A stretch of 63,520 nt of DNA, the filler included, from Lenisia limosa (Eukaryota > Protista > Breviatea), in assembly GCA_001655205.1 (NCBI GenBank). It is 12 parts of 12 records of this genome, joined end to end, with 100 filler letters (N's around TTAATTAATTAA, not from the genome) between each part and the next. Parts side by side here need not be neighbours in the genome. Positions count along the whole stretch, not along the records: positions 49,254 to 51,691 come from LPNZ01011088.1; positions 51,792 to 53,852 come from LPNZ01002329.1; positions 53,953 to 63,520 come from LPNZ01010037.1; 9 more parts are not named here. One strand, 5' to 3'. The notes beneath the pieces are model-generated. The model saw only the letters and a program-made list of their open reading frames with translations. It searched no databases and was not told the origin of the DNA. The position numbers and the translations under genes are program-made. Shown piece by piece: positions 49,611 to 61,500 of the stretch. Position 1 is the first letter of the stretch; every line of letters begins with the position of its first letter.

Positions 49611-51133
49611 GCCAATTCCGCCCTTGCCGCTCTCGTTGCCGCCGCCGGAAGGAGTCTCATGAACTCGGGCCGTATTCTCTACATCGGAGCGGACACTGCC
49701 GGCGTTATTGGTGGGGGGTTGTAGCATACAATTATTTATGCATGTATGTACTATATACATGTACTATATCCTATGTATATCCTATGTATATATCATATGC
49801 ATATTGTATACATTTACGAAATGTCCTTCGTTTTACTCACTAGGCTTTTTTGTTTCATAAATTTTCAAATGTTACTCTCCCAGGCTTGGTAGATGCTTCA
49901 GAATGTCCACCCACGTACGGGGCCGGACTAATGGACGTCCACGGCTATGTTATTGGCGGCTATGAGGCGCTGCAGAGTTCTGACGGTTTCGAGGGGTTTA
50001 CCAGGGAAAATGCTTCGCTTTCGGTTTCAAAGAATAATCAGAGACTCATTTATTTCTTGGGTTATTACGTGCCCCTAGATATTNNNNNNNNNNNNNNNNN
50101 NNNNNNNNNNNNNNNNNNNNNNNNNNNNNNNNNNNNNNNNNNNNNNNNNNNNNNNNNNNNNATTTTATTTTGATAGCAAAATGTACATTAGATACAATAT
50201 CATATAATCTGGGATCAAAATAAAACAATAGTGCTTCACTTCGGTTCGAGACCACAATGATTCAGTTAGTTCTGACGATTTAGGCGATATTTCTTCTCGA
50301 GGTGGTCCTTGGGAAGTGGGCGTGGTCTGTCTCTCTCTTTTTTTCTTCTTTATCTTTTCTCCTTTGGGATGCGGTGCTGCAGAAGCGGCTTGGCCTTTAT
50401 TTTTTTTTGTTGTTTTTAACCCTTGTGTGTTTCCCAAATGCTGTCCAACGAGTTGTTCTTGTTTGTTTTTGTTTCATTAGTTCTTCCTCCCTCCCCCATC
50501 GTTTTTGTCTAGTTTATGCGTTGGTTGCTCGTGTTTGTATTGCTTGTTTTTTTTTTTGGTTGTTATCTTTACGCCAGTGTTCTTCATCGAAATTTCCTTC
50601 ATTTTACCCCCCCCCCCCCTNNNNNNNNNNNNNNNNNNNNNNNNNNNNNNNNNNNNNNNNNNNNNNNNNNNNNNNNNNNNNNNNNNNNNNNNNNNNNNNN
50701 NNNNNNNNNNNNNNNNNNNNNNNNNNNNNNNNNNNNNNNNNNNNNNNNNNNNNNNNNNNNNNNNNNNNNNNNTGTTGCGGGGCCTCAGCTTGTGCTTCAC
50801 TTCGGTTCGAAAAAAGACTGAATCTCGATAAATCTTTGAAAGCTACCGATATTTTACTGGTCTTTTCGGAACCGAAGTGAAGCCCTTTACACCCCTTTCA
50901 CCATATTCTTATTTCTCTTACAACCACAGGGGATACTCGCAAGCAGGTTGTCTCCTATCTCAATAAAGTAAGGGGAATGAAAGAGGAAGGCTCAGCCTGA
51001 CGGGATGTATTTGTATAATACTTAAACTGAGATTTCTCGAAAACTATCGATATTTCACATATACTTCAGGCCAAAGCAGCCGGTACTCAGACCACCTGTA
51101 TCTCCGTTTGCAAGGACCCTCTTTCTATAGATG
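49611..51133 (+). CDS. MurQ/glucokinase-regulatory-protein-like SIS-domain protein (internal fragment)
   Basis: Exons 49611-49710 and 49884 onward read [63 protein letters not shown](Y/F)G is the MurQ signature, and 'GA...DV.G..IG' matches the GCKR second SIS domain. Confidence 0.85.
50792..50885. mobile_element. MITE-A copy
   Basis: GTGCTTCACTTCGGTTCGAAAAAAGAC...GTCTTTTCGGAACCGAAGTGAAGCCC. Confidence 0.85.
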
Positions 51134-51570
51134 GTGGGTAGGGGAGCATTTTTTATTATTGTTTTTTAAATAAAAGAAATCAGTAGAATAATGCATTAGA
51201 AATCGGGGGTAATATAGAGAAAGTTGTATATTTATAAATAATATAGTATATAGTATATTATATATATTATATATGATATAGCTATATTAGATATATTTTC
51301 ACCAGACTTTTTTTTTTCTTACTGATCTATTTTCACCAGACTTTTTTTTTCTTTTTGTTAAAAANNNNNNNNNNNNNNNNNNNNNNNNNNNNNNNNNNNN
51401 NNNNNNNNNNNNNNNNNNNNNNNNNNNNNNNNNNNNNNNNNNNNNNNNNNNNNNNNNNNNNNNNNNNNNNNNNNNNNNNNNNNNNNNNNNNNNNNNNNNN
51501 NNNNNNNNNNNNNNNNNNNNNNNNNNNNNNNNNATAAGAATTATTTCTTCCAGATTTCTTCTAAAATATA

Positions 51571-51648
51571 CAGTGGCCGGGATAAGTCTTGACCGATTTT
51601 CCTTGGAAAATCACGTAGCAAGTCGGTTAGGACTTATCCCGGTCACTG
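51571..51648. mobile_element. Tc1/mariner-type MITE, 78 bp, TA TSD (other copies ~30135-30207, ~49341-49397, 60061-60136)
   Basis: TA-CAGTGGCCGGGATAAGTCTTGACCGATTT...AAGTCGGTTAGGACTTATCCCGGTCACTG-TA. CAGTG termini with a TA duplication are the Tc1/mariner hallmark. Confidence 0.88.
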
Positions 51649-52013
51649 TAAGTATCATTAATACTATGCTCTGTAAGGCAAATGATTGGGTNNNNNNNNN
51701 NNNNNNNNNNNNNNNNNNNNNNNNNNNNNNNNNNNTTAATTAATTAANNNNNNNNNNNNNNNNNNNNNNNNNNNNNNNNNNNNNNNNNNNNGTGGGGGGG
51801 AGGGTCATTATCGGGGGGGAGGGCTTAAAAAGAAACTAAAAAAATGAAAAAGGAGAGAGAGGGGGGGTAGTATGAGAATATCATTATTACCTGCCTGGTA
51901 CCCCATTTACACACACTTATACACATATGATATGGAAACATTATTAATACCCCAATTCTGGCAAATTATACCCCTAGATACCTCAACATTATTTATACTC
52001 CCCTCACGCGCAG

Positions 52014-53579
52014 ACTTTGCTCTCACGCGCAGCCAGCGACGACAACGCTCGAGCCGAGCGCCTGCAGGAAACTGTCAAGGTGGAAGGGGGGGATGGAATA
52101 GAAACTGGTTAAATGTACGTCATGTGAATTTCCCCCGTACAAAATAACGCCCTAGGAAAGGGATGCGGATGTAGCACGACTGCAACAAGCTGTGGTAGGA
52201 GGACAGGCCAATACCTGGGGTTTCCCTACGGTCCCAAAAAAGACCAAATATCTCGATAAATCCTCGATAAATATCGATATTTTCACGGTCCCCCCCCCTC
52301 CTAATTTGTCTTGATGTAATACGTTATACTATCCACGCTCACTCGCGCAATACTGTTTGTTGTTTATGATCAGGGCTTCCCTTGGGTCCTAAAAAACCGT
52401 TAAAATATCGCCATTAATCGAGGATTTATTGAGTTGTTGATTTGGGTTTTTTTGTTTCACTAGTTTTCCAATTTTACCCCCCCCCCTCCCCCCAGACAAG
52501 TCTAGCAGACGATTTGTCTCAGAGCTCAGCTGAAATTTCCGCACTTTCTAAGAACAATGACGAGGCTAATAAAAGGGCGGAAATGCACAGTCGCGACGCC
52601 CGTCTTGCCTTCCAAGTGGGGGGGGGTATCCTGAGGGCTTCACTTCGGTTCGAAAAGAGACTGAATTTCGCGATAAATCCTCGAAAACTATCGATATTTT
52701 AACTGTGTTTTTCAAACCGAAGTGAAACCCTTGGTATACATATCTTTAAGGGTAGAGGTTAATGTATTAAGAGTAATTATACAAAAAAAAAAAAAGGAGG
52801 TGGGTGGNNNNNNNNNNNNNNNNNNNNNNNNNNNNNNNNNNNNNNNNNNNNNNNNNNNNNNNNNNNNNNNNNNNNNNNNNNNNNNNNNNNNNNNNNNNNN
52901 NNNNNNNNNNNNNNNNNNNNNNNNNNNNNNNNATGGCCGCGGATGTGGAGAGGTGGTCACGTGACCTGTCGGAACTGCAAAATGCGGAGGCAAGGGCTGT
53001 GGCTCGGATCAGAGATCTGGAAATGGAGGTGAAGGGAGGGGGCTATTAAAGATGCGGTGTAACTAGGGCTTCCCTACGGTCCGAAAAAACAGGTACAATA
53101 GCAATATTATCGAGGTTTTAACGAGGGATTCTGTCTTTTTTTTAGGACCGTAGGGAAGCCCTAGATATAATAACTCGTGGCTACATGGTATTTGCGCTGG
53201 TTTATTTTTGTGGAGGGAAGTTTATGTTGATGCAGCTTTTATTATTATTATTATTGGGCACTGTGGAAGTAGTGTGGTCATGTGGAAGCGACTGGACTGG
53301 TTTGTTGTTATCAACCGTCGTGTGTTACCAGCCAACAGAGTTGATTTTGGGCTTCTTTTTTTTTTTCATAAAATTTCCTTTTTTACTCCACCCCCCCCCC
53401 CCCNNNNNNNNNNNNNNNNNNNNNNNNNNNNNNNNNNNNNNNNNNNNNNNNNNNNNNNNNNNNNNNNNNNNNNNNNNNNNNNNNNNNNNNNNNNNNNNNN
53501 NNNNNCTAATGAGGAGGGAGCGCGCGCGGACGCAATTCAGGCGCGCGAGGAGTACGCGAATCGCGCCAGGGAGGCCGAG
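52014..53579 (+). CDS. Coiled-coil protein, internal exons
   Basis: Four phase-0 exons rich in A/E/R with heptad character (e.g. MAADVERWSRDLSELQNAEARAVARIRDLEME; NEEGARADAIQAREEYANRAREAE). Confidence 0.65.
52635..52730. mobile_element. MITE-A, 96 bp, just inside a GT+G-run intron start
   Basis: GGGCTTCACTTCGGTTCGAAAAGAGAC...TTCAAACCGAAGTGAAACCC. Confidence 0.88.
53066..53161. mobile_element. MITE-B subfamily, 96 bp, TA-flanked
   Basis: TA-GGGCTTCCCTACGGTCCGAAAAAA...TTTTTTAGGACCGTAGGGAAGCCC-TA; the TIR differs from MITE-A at matching positions in both arms. Confidence 0.88.
53281..53403 (+). mobile_element. IE-A intron 3'-cassette (coiled-coil gene intron)
   Basis: GAAGCGACTGG..ATCAACCGTCGTGTGTTACCAGCCAACAGAGTTGATTTTGGGCTT..TTCATAAAATTTCC..TTACTCCA(C)n then gap. 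Confidence 0.82.
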
Positions 53580-54054
53580 GTGGGGGGGGGGCTTTCATGG
53601 ATTATGATGTTCAATTCACTGGTTTCTTTTGAAAATTCTCTTGAAAATTCGCGGATTGTATGGGAAAGTCAGTATTTTAAAAAAAAAATCACGGATTTAG
53701 ATTCGACTCTCCCGTTTGGAGTCAGAGAAAGAAAACTTGTCCTCAGCCCTTCACAACGCCAAGGTATGAAACTGTCGATATTCATCGAGGATTTATCCAG
53801 GATTTATCGAGGGTTTATCTAGGATTTGGAGTTTTAATCGTGGATTCTTGTCNNNNNNNNNNNNNNNNNNNNNNNNNNNNNNNNNNNNNNNNNNNNTTAA
53901 TTAATTAANNNNNNNNNNNNNNNNNNNNNNNNNNNNNNNNNNNNNNNNNNNNTTGTACTGCTGGGTTGAGCAGTGTTTTATATTGGGTCTGTGTCTTCAT
54001 GTCTTTTGAGAAGGAATCACGTTGAAGATTTGCTTTGTTTCTTCCTTTTTTCAG

Positions 54055-55462
54055 AAGTGAAGGGTTACGTTACTCTGACTTTCCTCCAACCTACCGTCGT
54101 ATACGATTATTCAAACCTTTCTAACAGATAGCTTTTGTCGGAACATTACTCACAATATAGCTGTGAAGACCCAAGCGCTCGTTGAAGCTCCTCTTGAGAA
54201 GCTTGGTGAGATTTCTTTAGTTTGGGCATGTAGTGCTGATATCTTCTATTTGTGAACTGGTTCACAATTGGCCCATTTCTTATTCTCTGACCCCTCCCCC
54301 CTCTACTTTATTTAGCCAAAAGAGCCTCTTTTTGAAATGCTTATTTCATAAGTTTCTGCTTTTCATCAATTATACTTTGTTTTTTGTTTCGTTTTTCTAC
54401 TCCTGTTTTTTTTTTTGTTGTTTTTANNNNNNNNNNNNNNNNNNNNNNNNNNNNNNNNNNNNNNNNNNNNNNNNNNNNNNNNNNNNNNNNNNNNNNNNNN
54501 NNNNNNNNNNNNNNNNNNNNNNNNNNNNNNNNNNNNNNNNNNNNNNNNNNNNGAAGCATGAGCTTCGGCCACTACACCGCCACGTGTTTCAATGCCATGG
54601 ACAAGAATTGGCATGTCTTTAATGACTCAAGCGTACACAAAACGTGGGGCAGATAATAGCAAGGCTTCATTGACCCAATATCTATAATTGATCTGTAATA
54701 AAATGAATGTTTGAAAAACAAAGGAAGTAAAGGACAGGAGAACCGTAATTACAGTATTTACTTTAACTATTGCAGTTCCTCACAACATGTGGTCTCCTCG
54801 TCTGCTTATTTGCTCTTCTACCGTCTCTCTGGCCTCCCTGGTTTGCTTGAATATGACAGCATGAGAAGCTTTGAAGTTATAATTATGCTTTCTGAAGTTT
54901 CTAGCTGTGTTACTCCTTTGTAACGATAATACCTGGGTTAATTATCAAATGATATGATGTACTTATACTACAATATTCATGCGATGGATTGACCTTGGCT
55001 TTGTCAATCCCGCGTTCCTCATCGTACCACTTTAGAACTCAACAACTTCACCCTCCCACGTGTGCGCACCGCCTCCATCACGCGCATCCAGCCTCCAATC
55101 AGCCTCGGCAACGACAGTGACGACGAAAACCGCACTCCAAGGCAGCTCAGAGGACCAACTATCAGTGGAGGTGAGGACTTTGAGAAGAAAAGGGATTCTT
55201 CGGTCCGGAAAGACCGATGCAATATCGATAGTTTTCGAGAGCTTATCGAAATATTTTGTCTTTGCTCTGATCAAAGTGAAGTTTTTAGTAAAGGTCATCT
55301 GAATGCTACCAATGATAATATTATTGTTTGCCCCACTACAACAATAATATTTCTCTTGTTAAAAAAAATACAACGTTTTTTCAATCCTCATTTGATTGTT
55401 TAGGAATGGACTTGGGAATTGAGATGAACGACGATCAGTCCTTTCCTGCTGACCCTCGTTGA
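54055..55462 (+). CDS. Ubiquitin-specific protease (C19), His-box region and C-terminal tail
   Basis: KTQALVEAPLEKL, SMSFGHYTATCFNAMDKNWHVFNDSSV and SSSAYLLFYR are USP boxes. The tail ends DDQSFPADPR* (TGA 55460-55462). Confidence 0.9.
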
Positions 55463-56246
55463 ATCTCTAGCTGAACTCTTCGGGGGAGCTGTCCTAGCTA
55501 TTTGTTTTTCTTTTTTGGCTTTCATTCGTTGTCTTTCTAAACTAAATCCTTTTTAACTTTTTCTTGGTAATGCATATCGATATCATATCTTTGATTTCAA
55601 GTGCTTATTCAAATATTCCACTGGTTTGGTTGGGAAGGAAGGGCTCGAAAGAGAGGAATTGATTTCAACAGTTAACTAACTAATTGAGTTCGGTGGTAAA
55701 ATTGTTCAAAGTAGTAAAGACACTTCATCCTCTATAAACGTAATGGTTTCCAGCTTGAGCCAGGAAAAATATCAAGCGAAACATTCCTCCATGAGGTGCA
55801 AAGATTATCTTGTTATCACTCGATCCCACCGGTGTCTCACACATCCTGAGGGAGTGGCGCCAAGGAGCCCCTGAATGGGCTCGGGTTATTAACTAACAAT
55901 TCTGTAAAGAGCACTCATCCCAGACCCAACTGAAAAACTCACTCAATGCTGCCCCCCCCCCCCCNNNNNNNNNNNNNNNNNNNNNNNNNNNNNNNNNNNN
56001 NNNNNNNNNNNNNNNNNNNNNNNNNNNNNNNNNNNNNNNNNNNNNNNNNNNNNNAGTTAAAAACAAATCCACTGATGCAAAGCAAAGGAAAACAAATCAC
56101 AACTATTCTACTCTTGGAAATAATAAGGTAGATATCAATCAAAAATGGCAACAGAAACAAAATAATTATCACATACAAACTGATAAAACTTTTCAATCAG
56201 GAGAAGACCTCAGAACAACCGAGTAGCGCTGGGAACGGCGACGTGA

Positions 56247-56612
56247 TCAAAGACCCTTGATGAAGCATTCCTTCTTGGCTGATACGCGGTGATAATTAAG
56301 CCGAACAGCAAAGTACTCCTTGGTGTCAGTTACTTCTTCATCTTCTTCAGCGGCAAAAATACTATCAATATCTGGAACAGCCCTTGACTCCAGCTTGGCG
56401 TTTAGATCGCGAATTGAATCAACTTTCGCTGATAAGACCTGCTTCTTTTGTTCAATACGCTGTTTGATCTCTTCGTACTCATTCACTAATTTCAAGCAAT
56501 CTTGAGTTTTGACGAGGTTGCCATCAATAATTCCATCATATACCTGGTTGGTATCTTCAGTGTTCTTCAAAACCTCATAATCGATAAGGGCCTTTTCTGA
56601 AACTTCTCCCAT
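56247..56612 (-). CDS. Hypothetical 121-aa protein, apparently single-exon, central coiled coil
   Basis: ATG-started open frame with natural amino-acid composition (LKLVNEYEEIKQRIEQKKQVLSAKVDSIRDLNAKLE). An AT-rich upstream region separates it from the neighbouring gene's 3' end. Confidence 0.6.
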   Translation of the reverse strand: MGEVSEKALIDYEVLKNTEDTNQVYDGIIDGNLVKTQDCLKLVNEYEEIKQRIEQKKQVLSAKVDSIRDLNAKLESRAVPDIDSIFAAEEDEEVTDTKEYFAVRLNYHRVSAKKECFIKGL

Positions 56613-56987
56613 GGTAGATGGCTCAAAATAAAAGTGTGTTTACTGCACAAAACAAAACAAAAAATAACAATAACGCTGTAAAGAGGCTGGTAAGAGGCCG
56701 AAACAAAAAAAAAATCGAAACAAAAAGAAGGCCGCGACCGTACTTTTTCTCATGCAAAAATCATTATATCAAATCTCATTCACCTGCTCCCCACAGGCAC
56801 AGGCCCAGTCCCCCCATCAGTGTATCAGTTGTGTATCAATGTGATGTGTTGATGCAATGTTGATGTGAGGTCTTAATAACATAATAATGTGTAATTCAAG
56901 TTTTTCAAAATTGGCAACAATTAACCATGAAAAGTTGTGAAAAAGCACTCAAAAATATTAATAAAGATCAAACCAAACACCACAGAA

Positions 56988-58308
56988 CTACTTAAACTCC
57001 TGTGCCCATTTGACAAGACCCTTAGACTCGGAAGAGATTTCCTCAATTGACGTGAAGAAGCAAGACCTCCAATCGGGATACGGCAGCCCGGTGAACAGCA
57101 TTGCGTTCAAGGGCCCTTCAGAAATTAATTACGTATAATGTCTTGGGAAAAGGCGGAATCAAGTATAAAAGTCTCGACTTGCCCACAATCCTTCGTGTCG
57201 GAACATGAGGTCCAGTCATCACGGAAGAGGAAGACCTTCTTTCCCAGTGCGGTGGCGGCTCCAATCTCCCAAACAACTGGAGGGTAAGCACGAATCTGCT
57301 TTAGTTCATGGGGGGATATTCAATAACGACTAATATATCATGTATTATAGTCAGGTCTGGTATTACAAGAAGACAAAAATAAGCACCTTTACACAAAAAT
57401 TATTGGATGAAAAATAAAACAGCCGTTCACACCATCACGCTTAAAAGAGTTGTAAAGACATATGTAGAGATGAGAAATCAATCTTAATTGCATATGTAAA
57501 GGTATACACCGCCCTCATTTTAATACTCTTTATCGAAACTTCCTTCGTTTTATCAATAAAGCGGTCCATAATGACAAAACAAACCTCCAGTGTCAGGAGG
57601 CTGGCCGTTGACAATAGCAAAAATGGCATCACATCTGCTACATTAATCTTGCCCTCTTAGTGTAATACCCACTTTTTGACACTTCCATAGTCCTTGTCAC
57701 AGATCTGCCGGTCCCAATCGTCTCTTGACTTATCAACTGGGATGCTGAAAGGCTCCAAAACGTCAACACCCGCCTTATTCAGAGCTATTTGGTCAGTTCA
57801 GAACACGTCCTTTTCACACCATCACATATGGTAATAATAGTCCTGTGGAAAATTGCGCATTGTGCCATTTTGGTTTTCTTTCATATGTCCAACAAGTCAG
57901 CCCCTGAAGGGGAACTCAATACACTTTCATCTTGCTCAAGTAAAAGCACAATAAAACAGGAACTCTTTTCTTCAATTTTAAACAGCGATGCCCCAATTCC
58001 ATTGATGGACTGTCTGATTCTCTCTTGAGTGCAAAACCTCTCCCACCTTCAATAAACTGAGGTATAAGAACGGAATAGCACTGCTTTGAGAACCCATATC
58101 CATTGGCGAGATACACCAGTGCTGCAATGTGAAATAGAGTGGATAATAACAGCTGATAATCACCTAATTATCCCTCTTACGCCTCTTTGAATTTCCCTCC
58201 TGTTGTTTCTAAATTGTTGTGAGATAACATGTCAATGATATGTTTCATAGCATCACAAAAAAGGAACCCTTTCAGCTGCCTCAACACACTTTAATTATTA
58301 TTTACCAT
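56988..58308 (-). CDS. Nucleoside 2-deoxyribosyltransferase-like protein (bacterial-type), ~161 aa, 7 exons
   Basis: Spliced: M|KQQEGNSKR|PLVYLANGYGFSKQCYSVLIPQFIE|ALNKAGVDVLEPFS..WDRQICDKDYGSVK|KCDAIFAIVNGQPPDTG|VVWEIGAATALGKKVFLFRDDWTSCSDTKD|WPLNAMLFTGLP..WRSCFFTSIEEISSESKGLVKWAQEFK*. Family motifs YLA..GF, D..D..A..NG.PPD.G..EIG and FRDD..PLN.M are present. Confidence 0.88.
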
Positions 58309-58514
58309 GAAATTAGAAAAAAAATGCCAACAACATCCATACCATAGTGACAAAAGAGGCTTTGCGCGGTGAAAAAATTTCAACCAACCGCTTTCCGGCC
58401 GCGGCCTAATTTATTATAAAACCCAATTTTCAAATTTCGAAAAATGCCACCTCCCGCTTCTCACATGCTATAATTAACTATATTTTGACACTACATTACT
58501 AATAAGCGACGAAA

Positions 58515-61500
58515 ATGAAGAAGAAACACTCAAGAGAAGCCGAATACCCCCTTGGTCCTGTGACCATTAATCGCAATGTACAGTTTGGTGAGCTTGACAC
58601 CCCAATTTCTGAACCTGCCGCCAACAGCCGCAAACAACGCAACCACACTATCGCCGTCAGCAAGCAGAAACCACGTAAGTTTTTTCTTTTTGGCAACCAT
58701 TTTCCCGACATATTAGATATTTTGTTCTTGCACCTTAGTAGTTGCCTTTTTTATTTGTTTTCTTTGACCATTGTTTTTCAATCTTATGAGACTAGGGCGA
58801 TCAATTGTCACCAATGAAGATGTTTGGGACCAAACTGACGCCGAGGTAGTCTTGGCTTTTGTTTTCTCTCTGTCTTATATGAATTATATTAGGCCTTGTT
58901 TTGAGAAGCTGTTTCTTGTGTGTTGATCCCTAATATCCCCAATAGAATAGTTTTTTATTTCTTCTCTTGGGCCATTTTCACCACCATTAGGTGGAAATAC
59001 CTGAAAAAGACAGAGAAACTGCATCACGTAACGACTTTCTCAAGTGGGCCTTGGTTTCCTTTGATGGGTTCAGCCTTCTGCATTTAAGTATCTGAGTCGT
59101 TATTCTGAGAAATTTAATTAGCGGCATAATCCGCTTAATAATTATTTTAAGTATCCCTTTTTTGTTTTTTCACGGTTAAACGACTCAGACTATGATTTTT
59201 TACTGGTATCAACCAAAGACTGATTTATCAGCCTCATTACATCTGTGGCTTCACCGTATAGCCTTTGATCTTTACCCCCAAGGGCTCTCTTTGCGGATGA
59301 CTCCAAGTCGCAGGTGGATCCTTCGCAACTTCAGACTCAATTTGACGGAGTAGTCCGGAAAAAGGTGGGCCTTGCTACAATCTGAGAGATTTGTTCGGAC
59401 TGGAACGAGATATTTGGTCTGAGCCCTGAATTCATTTCGGTTCATAAAAATCTGGTAACAATTGTATTTGATCGAGAAGTTATCGAAAACTGTGGCGTTT
59501 ATTGAAGTAAAGTGAATCCCTTTGTTATCTTCCGCAACATTCCTTCATTTTGCTCTTCCTTTGATATCTGGGATTCACGAGATTGTGTCAACAGAAAATT
59601 CATTATAAATATGTTTTTTTTACTTTATTGTAAAAAAAACGGAGATATATAAAATGATGATGTAGAATAACAACCTACTGATATTTTCGTCGTTGGCAGT
59701 GCTGCTGATGGTTATCTTGGTAAGAGGCCTGATTTATCACCACACTGACACCGTGTTTTCCTTATAATGACATTACCCTTTGATATCTCCAAAGACAGGG
59801 ACCTTGCTTTAATGCCCCCCTCAGCTTGAAGTCGGATTTGAAGAGTATGATGGCGTTAACGGCCGCGTCGGTATTATTAAAAGGAATCATATCAGCCAGG
59901 TTGGTGCAGATTAGCGTTCATGAAGGCGAGATACAATTGTGATCTTAGACAAGGTTAAAGGTCACTTTTTAGGGCATTAAAGGACTTATTTCTTTTGTCA
60001 CGTTCATTCAACTTATTCTTGTGCACTACTACTACAAACAACAAGGTTGGTGATCTGATGCAGTGACCGAGGTAAGTCTTGACCGATATGGTCAGATTTC
60101 CCTTTAGAAAATCAGTTAGACTTACCATGGTCAGTGAATGTGAAAGTTTTCTTCGACTTTTTTTGAGATTTGATATCTCCTTCATCATGCAGCCTACATT
60201 GCCTCCACGGGGGGCATCAATACTGAGCCACATCGGCACATTTGGGCTGTTCCACATTTAGTGGGGGGGGAGTCTTTGATTGTGATACTGTTCATACTAA
60301 TTCAAAGAAGCCAAAGCCCATTGTTGCGAGAAAACCTTGTGCGAAGTTATGTCTGATAAAGTGTGTTCATGAAGTTTACTGTTCCTCTCACTTCTATGAC
60401 GTGTTCTTTGTGATACAGCAACCGCGATCCTGGTTTCAATAGTGACTACTGCAACAAAATAAAGTGGAATCCTGATTTCACGTTACCTTCCAGCGCCTTT
60501 CATACCTTTTGGAGATGTTCATTGTACTTCTTCACACCCCGCCTTTCATGGGTACGTTTATTCAGTGTCGTTGCTTTCATGATACCTTTTATTACATACT
60601 ATGATAGCTCAAATAGATAGTTCACAGTTGTTCTCAGTTGCAAGGCAAATGTGTGGGTGAATTCACAGATCAAATATCTCTTATAAATGTGTTGATGGTG
60701 TGGACAGCTTTATCCATACTAATAAAATGCTCACCAAATAAATACTCTAATGTTTATTGCCTACATATGATATGGTATCATATGGTATACTACTACTGTA
60801 ATATACCAACTTGTTTTACTTCTTTTCCCAATACGGTTCTCATGTTTATCTCATTCGAGAAATATGTAAAAATAAGAAAAGAAGAAGGGGGTCTGGTGGG
60901 GGGGGGGGCTGTTCTCTCCATCATCAGAGATATTAATTATAGTATTAATTCACCCAATATTTGCCTTGCTCGTTCCAAGAATGGTTTGTGTATTAATTGC
61001 CTTTTGCTTACATGACTTAGATTTTGATGTCCACTACAAGGGTCACGAGTGGATGATTATGAGTGACAAAGTGAGCGAGTTGGTGTCCCCCCAGGTATTA
61101 ATCAGAAATATCAAGTAATATGTGGTATGTGTAACAAAGTATAGTACAGGTCCTTTCAACTTCATACAGTTGTGTAATTAGGGCCACGGTCCAAAAAAGA
61201 CCAGTAAAACATGGGCATTTATCGAGGGTTTATCGAGACAATCGGACTTTGTTGCCAAAGAGAAGCACAAGTGGTATGATATATCCGCTATTGACACAAG
61301 CTTCGTCTTCTAACATTCAAGGCTAACGTTCTCATTTGGGCTCGCCTTTACATCCTGGTAAGCCACACACGGAAGCACATCTTCTCGTTTAATAAAAAAC
61401 ATAAACAGATCTAACTAGTGACCTATTATCGTTTACTTAGGGTCTTTTTTGGTTAGGAACTTGATTCAATGGCTATTTGTTGTTGAGAACTTATTCCGAA

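Noticed and set aside
14614-53908. Eleven identical TTAATTAATTAA motifs as a biological repeat
   Set aside because: Each is centred in about 100 N and has stops in all frames, so it is an artificial concatenation linker. For the same reason no gene-neighbourhood or cluster inference was made across linkers.
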